Made by a program: the position numbers and the translations under genes. From Haliotis cracherodii (Eukaryota), in assembly GCF_022045235.1 (NCBI RefSeq), contig NW_027266285.1:868001-932000 (forward strand): a stretch of 64,000 nucleotides of DNA, given 5' to 3'. The notes beneath the pieces were generated by a model. That model did no database searches and was not told the origin of the DNA. It worked only from the letters and a program-made list of their open reading frames with translations. Of this stretch, positions 12,705-25,400 are shown in pieces; positions within the stretch are counted from its first letter, which is position 1, and every line of letters begins with the position of its first letter.

Positions 12705-15700
12705 TAGAACAAGTACAGAGGAGTATCACTCGTCAATTTCTTAACCGTAGTTCGTGTTTAATTAATGCATGTTAAGTTAAAACGTTTTAATGTTAAAATG
12801 TATATATTGATGTCAATGTTCAGTCCAGGTGAAGTAGTTCAGACTGAACTGAAAACAATATTACATTGTCAAAAACCTCTTTCCCGAGCATTCAGATCAG
12901 GTACATAACACAACAGAACATTTGTACAAACATTTATGAACTAGTCTTTCCAGGTTTAAAAACTTTAATGATAATTTTAGACAACTTAGATAATTTTCTC
13001 AATGTGCCTAATCTTTGGCTATTAAAAAGTAAATTCATTTTGTACATGTTAGGTTTAATGTAGAAATATTTATGAGTGAGTTGTTTCTCCTCTTGCTTAA
13101 ATGAAGGACGCATAAACAAATGGTGAAATTCGTCACTTGTTTTACAATTGGCAGAGTGGGCACGTTACCAGAATATATATATATAATTTGTTAATAAGGT
13201 AAATTAATTCTCTTTATCTCATTTTCCGTTAAGTCTTCAGGAAACTTCATCCCGACAACCGTAGTATTCACTGGCAACTGCCTTTTTGTTCAATTCATTT
13301 GACAAAAACACAGTCACTTCTTGGAATTCAGTACTTCCAATTTCTTTTGAGTTTTGGACACTACGTTCTATCCGTTTCTGTCATAATTACATGTGTTCAC
13401 ATTTGCCTTTATCATTAATTAACTATCGGGATTTGTTTCATGCTTTCCTTTTTCATCATATTCTTTTGATTTTCTTTCAGATTATGTTTATTTGTATTTT
13501 AATTGTAGGTCTTATAGTATCCTTGTTTTTCATGTTGCACAGTAACAATAAACAGGAACATCACTCATAAACACACCCAAATATTGTCACAACAAGGTCG
13601 GAACATTTTCACTGCAATTTTATGTATTTAATCCTGATGTTTTTTCTGGGTCGGAACTCAATTTGTGTAGAACAAAAACATGCTTACACAGTATTACGAG
13701 CCCTTAAAATGTCCATCTACTGAGATGCAAGTCGAGATGGCCAGGTTCAAAGATCTTGACACTGTCAACAAGCAGATGTTAAATATCCTTACCTTCATCA
13801 GTAGGTTTGCTGCAGGCATTAGAACAGTCCTTCCCACAACGTGGTAGGGAGGCCGAGGCAGTGGCGCCCCTAAATGCTTTCAAATGCTTCTCCAAAACCT
13901 GTTGACCTGGCTCTTCTCAAGGACATCAATTGCAGACTACCGAAACACAACACCAACCCCAGGAGCTCCAGCTTAATGCAGTGCAATAGCAAAAACAATT
14001 GAAAATCCAATGTGTATGTCTTATTATGAATGTCCTGAGCCTTGAGGTGGCTGTACATGTCCACTAGCAACTTAGAATTAACAGAAGCAGTCATAAAATC
14101 TGTTTGCATTGTCCACGATTGATAATGTGCCCAGACGCTGCTCTATTGCAATACAGAGTTAGATGACGTACATTACATATCTGTGTACAGAAAATACTAC
14201 ATTCGTTCTCTTAAGATACCATAGACGTTTTGAAAGTTATGTAACAATGCTATCTATTGAGAGTAGATCTAAAAAAAATATCTACAATGTAACGTAATTT
14301 TTATTTTTTTTAAATTTTCTGAAGCATAAATATTTTTTCTGTGAATTTTGGGGGGGATAAAATCCCAGCCCCTTCAAATATGAAATGGTATGTCCTTAAT
14401 CACACTATAACTAAAATCTTCAGATTTTGAACAGAATTCCTCTTCACTGTCAACTATACATTTAGTGGTGGCCTTAATAGCACAAAGCAGCGTACAGCTC
14501 TTCTGTGTGCAAAACATCAACCAACTAAATGCATATGATTGGGGAGGTGGGAGGGTGTACTTCTGATGTAATAGAGATAGTATTCTAAGAATAATTAACA
14601 GTGATCACTTTTAATTTGATAATTCTTGCAAATAACAAACAATACATCATTGCCAGAATATACCATGTGGATAGGCAGGTGCTGCCTCTAGTAAGCTCAG
14701 TGTACAGTTGACAGTATAGCATTGATTCCTTGTGATTCTACCCTCTTATAGTTGTGTAATAGGTGCCCTCTAAAGCCTGAAGAAAGGCGCCCAGTGATAG
14801 TAGAATTACGTAAATTGAAGACAAAAGGTCGGATGTTTTACTGCGGTGCTTTGAGTTGTTCTCTTTTCCCTGCGCAGTATTGTGTTGTCAAATCGTTCGA
14901 GGAGGCTCCTAACTGGATTATCAATTCTGATTATAGATAAAACACAAAGAATGAAGTTTGATTTAAAGTTTCTTATAACACCAAGGGGGCAAACCTTTAT
15001 CGACCTAATTTTTAGAAAAATCCTGAAACTCGCCCTTATAATCACCCCTCTAACTTAATTCCAAAAGTAAAATGTCCCCAAACAAAAAAAAAATCTGACA
15101 TCTAGTGAAAAGTGGAGAAAGTTTCTTTATTCAAGATGCTGGGGTAGACTACATACTTTGCCAGATGCTGGTGAAAGGATAACAAACATTTCCCTACCCA
15201 GGGTAGGCTTATATAGCCGACATGTGGATCATGTGAGCAGGAAAACAGACACAACCAAAGAACACACCCTTTACATCTTGGCTCTTAATCATGGCTTCTG
15301 CCTAGCCAAGCATGCAAGGAACGTGACATCATCTTGTCTTCCCAGTCACTATGCTGGCGTGGGCATTAGCTTCTACAAAAATGACTTCAAAGGTAGGTAC
15401 TATCTCAGCTGCCCAAATCCCCTTAAACTAACCCATCCGCTATATTTCTAAGTATTTTAATTTACCCCACAAATCCAAAGCCGACCACATTCTCTTGCTC
15501 TCAGTTGCTGGTCTTTGTCTTCACGCCTCAGGTGTCTCTGGGGCAGCTCAGATCCAGCCTGAGCTGCCAGATCCCAGGCCACAATCCTTGACTGTGTTAC
15601 CAACAGTTACCGAGGAAGGAGTCAATCTCCGGGATCAACCTATGTATGATTACTCTTCTTTACAGTAGTAACGATGCCCGGTAAAGAGTGTTTGGCTGTC

Positions 15701-15929
15701 TAAGTGGTAACCTCCCAAAACCCCTACATCCCATTTCCCCTACAGCTTAAGACAACAAAGTTCACAGTCAATGGCACTGCTAATCCCTGTCTGAACAACC
15801 CAAGAAACATGAATGGATTGAGATAGATATTTAATTACGATTACGATATTATTCAAAATTCATAATACATTATAATAAAATGTTCATATTTAAAAATTCA
15901 TAATACATTATGATAAATTTCATCTCAAA

Positions 15930-16700
15930 TGTTCAATTCACTCTTTATCCCAGCCTGAGGAGATGGCCAACCGCATCTAGAAACTGCATTGGGGATTTCA
16001 CCTCTCTATTCAACTCGTCCTTCAGGCGGCAGAAACGGTTCTCCACCTCTCTGTACAAAGTCGAACTGTAAAATCTCAGCTCGTTCTGCCTGTTCCACCT
16101 TCCTGACTACCTCCACAAATCGGTAGATGTTTGGATGTCGGTGAGGGAGACCTTGGTTGAGTCGGTTATGAAAGCCTTCCAGGTTGTTGTTCGTCCTGGG
16201 ACCTGTTGTACCGTGATGGTTCCACAGTGGTAGGGGGAATCGTGCTCCGTGGTCGGCCAAGGTAGGCGATGTAGTCGTTGAAGGCGACAGCTCTTGGTAC
16301 ATCTGGTGTGTTGTCCATTGCGTCAACCCACGTGTCCTTGATCTTGTTCTGGGGGAGTAGGGGTAGGCCAGCTGCTCTTGTTATCCATTTGCAGACTTCA
16401 GGATCTTCTCGATACGCGACAGCTAGTCCCAGATCCTGGACCTTCCGCCTGGCAGTAATGGAAGAAACATCCCTTCACAAACCGAACCTTCTGGCTATCC
16501 TCAGGGGCATAGTTATGCTCTGTAGCATTCCTCATCACGGTTCCTACTGTCGTGAGTCTTCCTCTACATGTGGACTTGACACACTTCCAGTGTACGCAAG
16601 TCAGTCTCTCGACGTTCTTAGTGTGAAGATAATCATCAAATAGGACTTTGGGCTTTCCTCTCTGTGACATAACAAACTCAACATTGCGAAGACCAGCCAT
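15930..16700 (-). pseudogene. MULE (Mutator-like) transposase remnant with N-terminal FLYWCH zinc finger, internally deleted
   Basis: SQRGKPKVLFDDYLH...WKC...CRGR...HNY (FLYWCH), VKGCFFHYCQA (MULE CxxH), WNHHG...PRTNNNLEGFHNRLN (catalytic E region). Confidence 0.85.
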
Positions 16701-16717
16701 GTTGATGTCATGTTAGT

Positions 16718-17714
16718 TACTTACTTACTTACTTACTTTGGAGATTTAACGTGCGCTTTCCGACTGACGCGTATTTCGCACACGGGCCCGGCCAGGCCAT
16801 TTAATGTGTTTCCGAAAGGGGCGAGGGTGGTCTGTGCAACCCAAGAGGGGGCTTTAGGGGTTGCTTATATAGAATTTGGGAATTTTGAGATTTGGAATAG
16901 ATGCCGATGGGGTTGGGGAGGAGAACTAAGGGAGCTGGGTATGGTGGATGATTGTTTGTTTTTGTGATTTTGATTTGGTAGGTTATTATGGTTTTAGATG
17001 CGTTTTATTAGTTCCGTTTTTATTAAGAATACGCCTAAGGCCTTGAAGTTTTCTAGTTTATTTTGTGGGTTTAGTATTGCTTCTAGAGTGAGAGCCTTGT
17101 TTAGATTGAGGGTGGTTTGTAATGCGGTTCGATGTGTTAGGTAGTGTGTGCAGTGGATGAGTGCGTGTTCTGGGGTTTCTGGTTGTTTGCAGTGTGGGCA
17201 GTTACCTGTAGTGTGTTTTTTAATTTTTTTTAGGTGGTTATTTAGGTTGGTGTGTCCTGTTTGGAGTTTAGTGATTACTCTGTCGATTTTTTTGGATGGA
17301 TGGAGAATTTTTGGTTTGGTTAGTGGTTTGCTGAGCACTCTTTTGATTTGGCTATTTGAGTTTAGATATAGGTTATGCCATTTTTTTGTGATTTTTTGTT
17401 TGTTTACACTTTTAATTTCTGATTTTGAGATGGGTAAGTTTAAGCTTATTTCTGGGATTTTGAGGGATAGTTTAGCTGCTTTATCGGCGTTTTCATTACC
17501 GTATATTCCTACGTGGGCGGGTATCCACAAGAAGGTTATTTGTTTGCCTGCTTTTGTTAGGTCGTTGGAGCTTTTAAGTATTTGATTTATTAATTTAGGT
17601 CGGTTTTTGGTATTTTTGTTTTGGAGGGCTTGTAGTCCACTTAGGGAGTCAGTAAGTATTAGGATTTTTTGGTTGTTTTTGGATTCTTGATTGTGGAGGG
17701 CTGAGGCCATGCCC
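16718..17714 (-). mobile_element. 5'-truncated non-LTR retrotransposon (I-group/Nimb-like) with (TAAG)n tail and 13-bp TSD
   Basis: TSD atgtcatgttagt at 16705-16717 and 17715-17727; tail reads (ttac)n on the plus strand. Confidence 0.9.
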
Positions 17715-17716
17715 AT
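16994..17716 (-). CDS. LINE ORF2 C-terminal fragment: RNase H plus CCHC zinc knuckle
   Basis: ILTDSLSGLQAL, FLWIPAHVGIYGNENADKAAK (RNase H), LQTGH, CPHCKQPETPEHALIHC; open for 240 codons, but a truncated fragment. Confidence 0.85.
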   Translation of the reverse strand: MGMASALHNQESKNNQKILILTDSLSGLQALQNKNTKNRPKLINQILKSSNDLTKAGKQITFLWIPAHVGIYGNENADKAAKLSLKIPEISLNLPISKSEIKSVNKQKITKKWHNLYLNSNSQIKRVLSKPLTKPKILHPSKKIDRVITKLQTGHTNLNNHLKKIKKHTTGNCPHCKQPETPEHALIHCTHYLTHRTALQTTLNLNKALTLEAILNPQNKLENFKALGVFLIKTELIKRI

Positions 17717-19478
17717 GTCATGTTAGTCAGTTTCAAGTATCTATATACTAAACCTAGCCATCTCAACTGTAAATCGTCTCATCTCAGTTTCTCAGTGTAA
17801 TAATTGTTTCTTCCTATTGTTATTTTTGTAATTTCTAAAAATTGTCTCCTCATCATACAGGCATCTTTCATTACACTTACATTAATTCTTTTTTTTTAAA
17901 AACTTTCCTTTAAGCCCCCTAATCCCCTAAAGCCCTACCCTTTTCATACTACCTCTACTCCAGACCTTAATCTCTCCTTTAGGTCAGTTCATAATGCCAG
18001 ACAGGTAAATGCCGCGTGTTGTTTTAACTAATTGTAGGGGAGCTGGGTTGTAGGGGAAATGGGATGTAGGGGTTTTGGGAGATAACCGTTTAAGTCTCTG
18101 CACTAGGTTTCCTTTGGAGAACTTGCTTACAAATGGAACACTGTCAAAGGTTATGCTGAGGGAGATGGAATCGAACCCAGTGGTCTGCAAGACTCTGATA
18201 CTTAGTAAAGTGATTGGTGTCGCATCTGGGCACTGGGCATGCCATGCCTTCTTCTGGCCTTATAGGCCTCTCTGCCTCTGTATATTCCACCATTTCAGAT
18301 TCTGCCAGATGAATTTGAAAGGCCATTTGAAAGCAGAATTCTTATAAGCACAGGAAAATTCTTCCCAGAACAGCAAAAAACCAAACCCATGAAGGTTTGC
18401 TCCCAAGATGAAAAGGAAACAAACCAACAACAAATTAAACTATGGCTTATCCATTCCCCCATCTAGCTTGGACTAAACCTAACCCACGGTTTAACAGTTC
18501 GTCCCGCACGAGTTCTAGTAGTCACTGGTGTTTTATTTGCCCCTTCTGAATGTGACAGCTCCATGTCCGAAAGTTTGAGTTCTTGGACCTCCACAGCTGT
18601 GGGGTCATCCTCTGGGTTGATTCAACCAGTTCCTGAGACATGGAGTACCCTCAAATGGTTTTAGCTGATCAACTTTGACGCTGATGACTGGCTACTTTTG
18701 TTTCTTCATGATTCGGTATGTTTTAGGGAACAGCTGACCTACTACAAGTAGGGTCCACCCAATCCTTACCCTAGTTTCAGATTGGCTTTAGGCGGATACC
18801 ATCTCCAGACATAAGTTCATACAATCTTGCCTTCAACATGTAGTCATAGTTTCTCTTTTGTATTTGTGCGACTCTGCGCAGTTGTTCATTTGCAAACTAA
18901 AATTTCCCCTGCATAGTCTCCCTCAACCACTTCACATATTCTATTGGGCAACGGTCACTATCAGTTCTATAGGTAGGCTCACTTCTCAACCCAGCATCAT
19001 TAGGTTAGGTGAGCAGTGAGTGCTCTTGTGCTCAGAAGTTCTTTTATGCCATGAGTAACTAGCATATGGTTGTCCCAATCTAATGGTTCCTCAATAAGAA
19101 TAAATGCTAAGCATCTGCTTTAAGGTCCTGTTAAAGCATTCAACTAAACCGTCTGAGTGAGGTCTGTAAGGGGTGGTTCTAGTTTTATTAATCCCCAGTA
19201 AACAGCACACTTCTGTGAATAAATGGGATTCAAACTCTCTCCCCTGATCAGTGTGAATCTGCTCTGGAAATCTAATCCTACAAATGACCTCAAACACTAA
19301 TTTGTCGACAACAGTCATTGCTGTATGATCTCTCAAAACATATGCTTCCTGCCATTTGGTGCAATAATTTCCAACCACCATAATGTACTCATTACCATTT
19401 CTACTTATAGGTTAAGGACCAAAGATATCTACGGCCATACACTCAACTGCTGTCCTACAATAAACTGTTGCAAAGGAG

Positions 19479-19753
19479 TAAGACGAGTTCTATGGATGAA
19501 CAACTTCTTTATTACAATTAGTGCATCGTTTCGGTGTAGATCCTAACACCTTTATCAAGCAATTGATGGATAGTGCTAAAAAACATAGGTATATATACTT
19601 ATTAACATCAATGTTTATACAGTAAATTGATTGATGGACACAGAGAGCTGATTAAGATAATCGAAACGTCGCACAAATTGTAATAACGAAGTTGTTCATC
19701 CATAGAACTCATCTTACTTCATCACACCAACTTCTAAAGGCCACTGAAAGAAG
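19479..19753. mobile_element. Penelope-like element remnant with inverted pLTR arms, inserted in the Gypsy integrase region
   Basis: Arms 19476-19533 and 19662-19720 are reverse complements; flanked by tgttgcaaaggag (19466-19478) and tgttacaaaggag (19754-19766); removing it restores Gypsy frame GPGPGRSPLQQFIVGQ. Confidence 0.7.
19516..19564 (-). ncRNA. Minimal hammerhead-ribozyme-like motif (U3-A8 variant, degenerate cleavage triplet)
   Basis: Minus strand: aattgc TTGATAA a ggtgt-taggatct-acacc GAAAC gat gcac. Confidence 0.5.
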
Positions 19754-21959
19754 TGTTACAAAGGAGACCTGCCTGGTCCTGGACCTGGTATAACTGTGTG
19801 CACACAATTCACATGATTTTAACCTTTGTTTTATGTCCTTAGACATTCCTGGCCAATAAAATATGGTTCAGTTTCTTCTCGACCAAATTGCCCAGCTGTA
19901 CGCGAAGTATGCAAACATTAAAAAATTGATATACGTACAGCTGTACACTGCCAGAAGCTAATGTTTAGTTGTGCAGTAGTTGCGTTGTGACTGTCTCAGA
20001 GTACATCTTGCATATGAAAGAACTTTTTTGTCTCCTTCCCGCACTTAGGGTAATACCGCACATATACTGAACCCACTAGCATCCGTATCAAACGCATAAA
20101 GTCCTTCATCTTGAGGAAAAGCGAGTAATGCAGCAGTTACGAGACATGGCTTTAACTGATCAAGTGCCTTCTCATAATCCCTTGTCCAATTAAGTGGAAT
20201 AGCCATTCAAGTGAGTTGCACCATAGAAGAAGTGATCTCTGAGATGTTTGGTACGAACTGCCTATGGTAACCCATAAGACCCAGTAAACTCTGAATATCT
20301 GCCCGGGTTTCTGGTCTAGGCCAACTTTTGACACATCTAAGACCACTTGCTGAGACTAGAAAAGCAACTTCAGGTTGAAAGAGTTACACTTTTTAGGTTT
20401 GAGTTTTAAATGAGCTTTTTATGACCCCAAAACGATGACATCGTCCAGGTAGCACAGAAACTTTTTCCACTTCAATTTTCCCAGTACCTTTTCCATTATT
20501 CTCTTGAAAGCAGCAGGAGCTTGTCTTTTACTTGCACAGACCAAACACTACTTCTTTGTTCTATAATGTTTTTGTAACATCCTCTACCAGCTGTTTCTGA
20601 GTCAAAGATCCGATAGATCAGTGTTCAGTGACTGCAAGTCATTTGTCAAGTCCTGGCTTTCAGAATCAGCAGTAGCAACATCATCATAACAAGCAAACAC
20701 ATGTTCTACCATGCCAACTGCACCCATTACTGATGAGCTATCTGTGGTCACTCTCTTGCTATTCATATTCAGCGCTGAAATGACAACTACATCCTTTTAA
20801 GGTTGGACTAGACTAGTAAATGAAATTCACTTGTTTCTCCAATAATTGTTTGGCTCAACCAAACACGAATCAGCCCCAAATGAACCCTTAACAGTACTTT
20901 TGATTAATTTATCAGAATTTTCAGGATAAATAACTTTATCAATAATTCTGACTCAGGCACAATTGCTTGTGTTCAGTTTGTACAACTTAACCGACCTCTA
21001 GATGTAGACAGTGTCATTCGTCTCACATATACCTCACCATCATAATCCTCCAGGAAACTTATAATGTTTTCTAAAACTCTGAACGGAGAAACTGAGTATT
21101 CATGATATTTTTTAACTTATCCTGCATTACTCCGTATTGCATCTACTGCTGTCTTGTGACAGAGAGACGAACTGTGTGAGATCCAGCTGCTGAAGAAAGT
21201 TGTCCCAACCACTACAGGAAGCAGCGCCCTCTCACAGTCGGCATGTGACCCGGAAGTCATGACGTCACACCAAAACACATAACTGCTTTGTCACCTCCAC
21301 GGACGGACGTACTGTGTATCCCTTGTGGAAATTAAAGTTACATTTATGTATTTTGTTTTTGGTGTGCTTAAAGCCTTGCCTTTTCGCTACCTTTTAGCGT
21401 CATTGTTTGCTATCATAAACTTCAATAAAATACAAAGTTTTGAGTTATATTATGTTTCCCGCACTTTGTGGTTTTGCCACATGGTTATGTGTTTGCTTAA
21501 AGCTATGCCTTTTCGCTACCTTTTAGCGTAATTGTTTCCTCTCATAAAGTTCAATAAAATACAAAGTTTTGAGTCACATTATGCTTCCTGCACTTTGTGG
21601 TTTTGCCACATAGTTATGTTTTGCTTAAATTCCAGATTTTCTGCCTCGCTGCACTTGTTGCCGCGGGAATAAATCTGGTCGGGGCCGCCCCTTTTGCCGT
21701 GATTGTACGACGCCCTGTACTTTCACAAGGCAGTGCCGATGTTGCAGTCATTCGTCGCTGTGATCCTTCAGCTCATACGAGTATCCAGGACACACCTCGC
21801 TCAACGTGCTCGTCGACCCCCATCTACGTTGACAGCAGCAGCGCTCAGCCGAGCTTCGCAGTGCTCCCAACACCACTAGGGGCTCCGGCGCTCCCAACGT
21901 AGAGTCTGCCTCCCATGGCATGACATACGACCGTTCATGGTCTCCTACACCATCTACGT

Positions 21960-22335
21960 TGACAACGCTGATGTCTCCTGCGCTCCCAGCGCCTCTGATG
22001 TCTCTGGCACTCCCGGCGCCTCTGATGAGTCCGGCGCCTCTGATGTCTCCGGCGCCTGCGGTTCACAGTCTCCTACACCATCTTTGTCTCCGGCGCCTCT
22101 AATGAGTCCGGCACTCCCGGCGCCTCTGATGAGTCTGGCGCTCCCGGCACCTCCGATGAGTCCGGCACTCCTGGCGCCTCTGATGTCTCCAGCGCCTCTG
22201 ATGTCTCCGGCGCCTCTGATGTCTCCGGCGCCTCTGATGTCTCCGGCGCCTCTAATGTCTCTGGCACCTCTGACTACTCCGGCGCCTCAAGAGTTACTAC
22301 ACTCACGGCGCCTCGGATGTTCCAGCGCCTCATGA
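21960..22335. repeat. GC-rich 18/27-bp tandem repeat (ccggcgcctctgatgtct) inside DIRS
   Basis: Gives the APLMSP repeats in the ORF track. Confidence 0.85.
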
Positions 22336-24479
22336 CCTCCCACGCCCAGATCAACAAGCTTTATCAAGCTCAGATCAACGAGCCGAGTATCTCATCCCAT
22401 CTTCTGCTTCGGCATAAGGGGCACCATCGCAATCGGCAATCGCCACCCAGGCGCCACTGCCCTCTACTTCTATTACTGACGTCTCATAGCTCGTCACACG
22501 GAGAAGCATGGTGAAACAACTGTCGCCGCTCCTGTCGCTACTCTCCCGTCGGTCTTCGTGATCGTGACTATTGTTCTACTTCCTGGGTGGAATCTTTTCA
22601 ACCAATAGACAGTTTGCCTGATTCAACTTGCCCACTGAGACGTTATCCTTTATCCCGTCGTTTACGGCGCTATGGTTCCGGAGAGATGACCTGCGGGTTT
22701 TCCATCGAAACAAAGCGTCTAGTGGACAGCGTCTATCAGATTCGATGACGACATCCACTAAAAAAGAGTCTACTTCGTCGACATCACCGATACCAACGCT
22801 GTTCTACCCTGCCCTAGCGCCAGCGTTCCTGAAAGAGACTCGTCCTCGGCGCTCCCTGGGTTTTTCCTTGACGACCCCGGGGCTTCCATGTTTTTTCTCA
22901 AAACTCGGGTACACCACTTGTTCGTCTCTGAAACAGTTCATTGAGGATTGTCTGTGTGTGGAGTTTGCACCTCAGTTCCGACTCCAATGCGGCTTTCTCG
23001 GCTACCGCGCAGAGTGATTTACATGTCACGTGTCAAGTACTCGGACTGTCAACAACTCCGACCGGAATTAGGTCAACTTACCATGGCAAGGGGTGCCATG
23101 TATTTCTACAGACTGGCTTATATGTTTACCTGTACGCTTGGTGCATCCACTCAACCAGGCGCCTGTCGCAGTTCATCCATGCACGGTTGTTGGAAACAAT
23201 AGACCTCCTCTACCAACACGGCTGTCACAAGGAACCTTGTTTCATCAGCCCCTCGTTATAAGAACGATAGCGCCTATAGGCATTCAAGGGATGATCTTTT
23301 AGACTACAACACCTTCCTATCTTCCGCCCTTGACTACCGGACACAGTCTCGTTTTGATACTTCGTCCCTCGGCCGTCCCACTGACCCCTGTTGCATACCT
23401 GCCTCGTATCGTGTTGTAGTCCTTCATTGTCACCTCGATATAAGAACAGGAGTGCTTATACGCCGCTTCGGGGATGGAAACGATCTCATTACTTCGTGCA
23501 ATGGACACATTGCCTCGACTTCCTACTACCCGGTTACGTCGATGCCCCGGCAGTCGATTGTGAAGCTGGTTTACTTCGTCTACATGGGGTTGGTTCGCAG
23601 GCGAGAATACCTCTTTCTGAATCGTCGCGATGGTACGCAATCGCAGACCCCTGTTGCTGGCTTCTCCATTTTGCAATCTTGTAGACGCTCGCTCTTCCCA
23701 CTCTTCCACTGCCACTTTGTCGGTGGCTAGTGGCCCACACCAGCCCACATTGTGACCACCTGTGATCCGGAGATCAACACCAATGGCACAGCAACAGCCT
23801 CGAGATAAAGGCTTATCCAGGACGTCACTTGCTGACAGTGCATTCTCGGTCATGCTCTGTTGATCGTGTCCACTGACGACGTCACCGTAGTGTGGTGTTT
23901 GAGGACCCAGAGTACTCCCCCCTCTCCTGGCGCTACCAACTCGACCGGCGCCCCCGAGAATCAACATCTCCGGCGTTCCCGGCGCCTCAAGCTCTCTGAC
24001 GCCTCACGCTCTCCGGCGCCTCTGGCCAGACTATGTCACATGTTCGACACCCCAACCCTAGATCGGTTTGCCTCATCTATGAATGTTGCCAGCTGTCGTC
24101 TTCCATTCCACCAGTGCCGGATATGGCCGCTGTGGCAGTCGACGCCTTCCGTCGTTCCTGAGGAGGATTACGCGCGTACGCTTTTCCGACTCCGGTTCTC
24201 CCTCCCACGGTTCTTCAGAGATCCAGGCCACTCGGCCCCTGACATTGAATTTGGTCTCGCCTTCTTGGCCAGCCAGAAGTTGGTTTATCAACCTCTGAAA
24301 CATAGCCAGAGACCACCCCTGGAACTTCCGTGTGGTCCAACCTTCTGCTCCATCCACACGGTCTGTTGCCACACCCTTATATCCGCATGTTATCGTCTGC
24401 ACGCCTGACACAACTGCAGAGAGCCCCATGAGCCAAGGGCTATTCGGCTAGAGCAACCAAGGTTATTGCTTCAGCCCAC

Positions 24480-25400
24480 CGACCATCTACAGGGGGACTG
24501 TATGCTGATAAATGATGCTCGTTCCAGGCATTTTGTTCAGACAAACACCAGGATCCGATGACAGCGTCACCGCAGTTCCTGGATCAGTTCCTTCTGTACT
24601 TGCGCAGCGCCCGTTGGTTGATTGGCTTTAGCACCCCCACATACCTGGTCGCCATCTACTCCGTTCTGGCCATCCCGGCCGATCGGAGAAAGACAAAAAT
24701 TACTGACCTACGTGTCTGGCTGCGCTCGTTCAGCCTTGGAAGAACCGGGAAAGGCCAGGTTCAGACCGCATGCGTTGGATCTGAATGTGTCTTCAACGCC
24801 CTTCGAACCACTCCCCTCGTCTTCCTTCTACGACCTAAAGAAGAAGACGGTGTTTCTACTGGTTTTGGCTACTGCCGCTCGAGTCCATGTACAGCACGCC
24901 CTTGTGGTCTCCCATGACCGGTTCGAATGCGGTACCCAGGGCGCCGTTCATCATGGACCATATTGGGACTTCAGCGTAAAGACTCAACTCCCAGGACAAC
25001 CGGATAGATCATTCTTTGTCCCATCCCCCCTCGTCCATTGTGGGTGCCAAGGATGAGGAAGAGCGTCATTATGCTCAGTAAGGGCACTGAAGGTTACGAC
25101 GATCTAAAAGCCTGCCGCAAGTCTAGGAAACACCTTTTTTTCTGCCGGTCTCCCCTTCGTCGCAGTCGTTGGTCAGCCGGAATACTTTTCCCTGTGGCTC
25201 CGGGCGGTCATCCTTAAAGCTTATGAAGCTGCCAGATTGGACCCTCCCCCCAAAGGCTATCATCCGTCACGAGATCAGGGCGATCGCATTTCCAATGGTT
25301 CTTCACAGTATACTGTTCCATCCAGTCGTTCAGGGAAGCCTGTTCTTGGCGATCGGACACCGCCTTCACCAACCACTACTTCAGTGATGTAGCCTTGAAA
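24480..25400 (+). pseudogene. DIRS tyrosine recombinase pseudogene
   Basis: Catalytic R (ATAARV), HxxR (HEIR) and W...HY motifs spread over several frames. Confidence 0.8.

Larger units (their letters stand above)
18490..21060 (-). mobile_element. Ty3/Gypsy LTR retrotransposon pol remnant (integrase and RT fragments); LTRs not identified
   Basis: FPEQIHTDQGREFESHLF...KTRTTPYRPHSDGLVECFNRTLKQML (rve integrase); acatcgtccaggtagcacag = LCYLDDV on the minus strand at ~20440-20458. Confidence 0.88.

Noticed and set aside
15100-15800. 3' LTR of the Gypsy remnant
   Set aside because: No second LTR copy and no convincing TG...CA/PPT boundaries
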